A program made the position numbers and the translations under genes. From a virus (lineage: Duplodnaviria > Caudoviricetes): DNA of 24,084 nucleotides. The notes under the pieces were generated by a model that worked only from the letters and a program-made list of their open reading frames with translations, was not told where the DNA came from and did no database searches. Positions 22,872 through 24,084 of the stretch are shown here, one piece after another (within the stretch, counting starts at the first letter, position 1; the number at the start of each line of letters is the position of its first letter). Location: positions 1 to 24,084 of the IMG/VR virus record IMGVR_UViG_3300027785_000140; one strand, written 5' to 3'.

Positions 22872-23296
22872 ACCTGACCCCACACTTCACCCTGGAAGAG
22901 CTGACGCACACAGACCACCGCACCCTGGATAATATTCCCAATGAAGCTGAACTTGCAAACCTTAAAAGACTGGCTGAATTCCTTGAAGCAGTCAAAACCG
23001 TACTTGGCGGTAAGCCAATCATTGTCAACAGTGCTTTCCGCTCTAAAGCGGTTAACGATGCGGTAGGAAGTAAAGACACAAGCCAGCACCGCACGGGTTG
23101 TGCTGCCGACATACGTGTACCCGGCATGACCCCAGATGAAGTGGTGAAGGCCATCGTTGCAGCCAACTTAGGCCATGACCAAGTGATACGTGAGTTTGAC
23201 AGGTGGACGCATGTGAGCATCCCTAACAACACTGCTGACAAACCCAGACTGCAAGCTCTCATCATTGACAAGCAAGGGACACGGTTCTATGCCTAA
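22868..23296 (+). CDS. endolysin, peptidase M15A (Zn peptidase) family
   Basis: HFTLEE, SAFRS..VN.AVG...SQH..G.AAD and E..RW.HVS, which give the H/D/H Zn ligands of the M15 family. Confidence 0.88.
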   Translation: MNLTPHFTLEELTHTDHRTLDNIPNEAELANLKRLAEFLEAVKTVLGGKPIIVNSAFRSKAVNDAVGSKDTSQHRTGCAADIRVPGMTPDEVVKAIVAANLGHDQVIREFDRWTHVSIPNNTADKPRLQALIIDKQGTRFYA

Positions 23297-23519
23297 AAAG
23301 AAGTTTCCCAATTTAAGTGTTGGCAGAGGCGAGAAGCTGTCTGTCAAAAAGGGTGGCGGTCTGACTGCTAAAGGCAGAGCCAAGGCCAACAGAGCTACGG
23401 GTAGCAACCTGAAGGCTCCCACCAAATCAGGCCCACGCCAAAAGTCCTTCTGCGCTAGAAGCAAGAGCTGGACTGGAGAACGTGGTAAAGCTGCTCGTAA
23501 ACGCTGGGGATGCAGATAA
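23289..23519 (+). CDS. 76-aa very basic protein (DUF6321-like by recollection)
   Basis: GGLTAKGRA...TGSNLKAP...KSFCAR...RW.C. ATG 23289, with AAGGGA upstream, is preferred over the start at 23265. Confidence 0.7.
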   Translation: MPKKKFPNLSVGRGEKLSVKKGGGLTAKGRAKANRATGSNLKAPTKSGPRQKSFCARSKSWTGERGKAARKRWGCR

Positions 23520-23665
23520 TGGCATACACACCTAAAGCCCAACGTGGCTTGTACTTCAACATCAACCAACGGCGCAAAGCAGGGCTGCCTCCTAAACGCA
23601 AAGACCAAGCTGGTTACCCTACAAAAGAGGCGTTCATCAAGTCGGCACGGACTGCTAAACGCTGA
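23519..23665 (+). CDS. 48-aa basic protein (not in ORF track)
   Basis: TAATG coupling. MAYTPKAQRGLYFNINQRRKAGLPPKRKDQAGYPTKEAFIKSARTAKR*. GLY.NI...PT..AF..SA.TAK is a pattern I recall from small phage proteins. Confidence 0.72.
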   Translation: MAYTPKAQRGLYFNINQRRKAGLPPKRKDQAGYPTKEAFIKSARTAKR

Positions 23666-24083
23666 CCTTCCGCATTTCGCATTGCAGGTGTGGGCCGTGA
23701 TAGCCTATGCTCTCAATCTGAAATGCACCCACAAACCCGTACACGCTGGCCCACCGCTTCTTGTCATCAAAGTATTCACCCCAGGTATCTGGCGTGATGA
23801 TGTTGACATGAGTTGGGTCTTGGAAAGCGGCCGCATGTGGGAATGCAGGGGTGGATGAGTAGAACAAACCACCCGGCACAAGCACTCTCCATATCTCGTT
23901 CATCAGGTCTATGAACGGGTACTTGGCTTGTTTGTCCACATAGACAACCCGTGGGATATGCTCTATGAAGTCAAAGGCAGTGATGTAGTCGTATGAGTTG
24001 TCCAGGCAGGGAATAGGCTCCCACACCAAGTCAGCTTGCAAGTCAGCGACAGGGAACTGGTCTAGACCCATAAGCGTATCAGC
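23655..24083 (-). CDS. class I SAM-dependent methyltransferase, 5'-truncated by the window edge
   Basis: The frame is open to the edge (ADTLMGLD). IP..DNSYD.I.AFDFIEH, MNEIWRVL.PGG and AFQDPTH motifs. Confidence 0.85.
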   Translation of the reverse strand, partial: ADTLMGLDQFPVADLQADLVWEPIPCLDNSYDYITAFDFIEHIPRVVYVDKQAKYPFIDLMNEIWRVLVPGGLFYSSTPAFPHAAAFQDPTHVNIITPDTWGEYFDDKKRWASVYGFVGAFQIESIGYHGPHLQCEMRKVSV

Positions 24084-24084
24084 G

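Noticed and set aside
23544-23858. 104-aa + strand ORF
   Set aside because: It overlaps the better-supported 48-aa ORF in another frame and the methyltransferase on the opposite strand.

Overview
The window is the virion morphogenesis and lysis arm of a short-tailed (podovirus-like) dsDNA phage, almost entirely on the + strand with tightly coupled genes. The order is: a 5'-truncated DUF5672-like gene, two small hypotheticals, portal, a cluster of very small basic ORFs with structured RNA, probable scaffold, major capsid protein, putative decoration proteins, head-tail adaptor, nozzle/stabilisation protein, tail fibres with accessory proteins, four large putative ejection proteins, small proteins, holin, M15A endolysin, two small basic proteins, and a convergent SAM methyltransferase truncated at the right edge. 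No terminase, integrase, tRNA or CRISPR array was seen. The most unusual element is 3040-3250, two tandem cassettes of [strong SD, 12-aa K/R/G peptide, TAA, CC-GCAA-GG hairpin, predicted H-type pseudoknot], followed by a palindrome-covered promoter candidate. Second, predicted surface proteins appear rich in N-x-S/T sequons and the module is flanked by possible glycan-modification genes. All product calls come from motif recognition and gene order, not from database searches.
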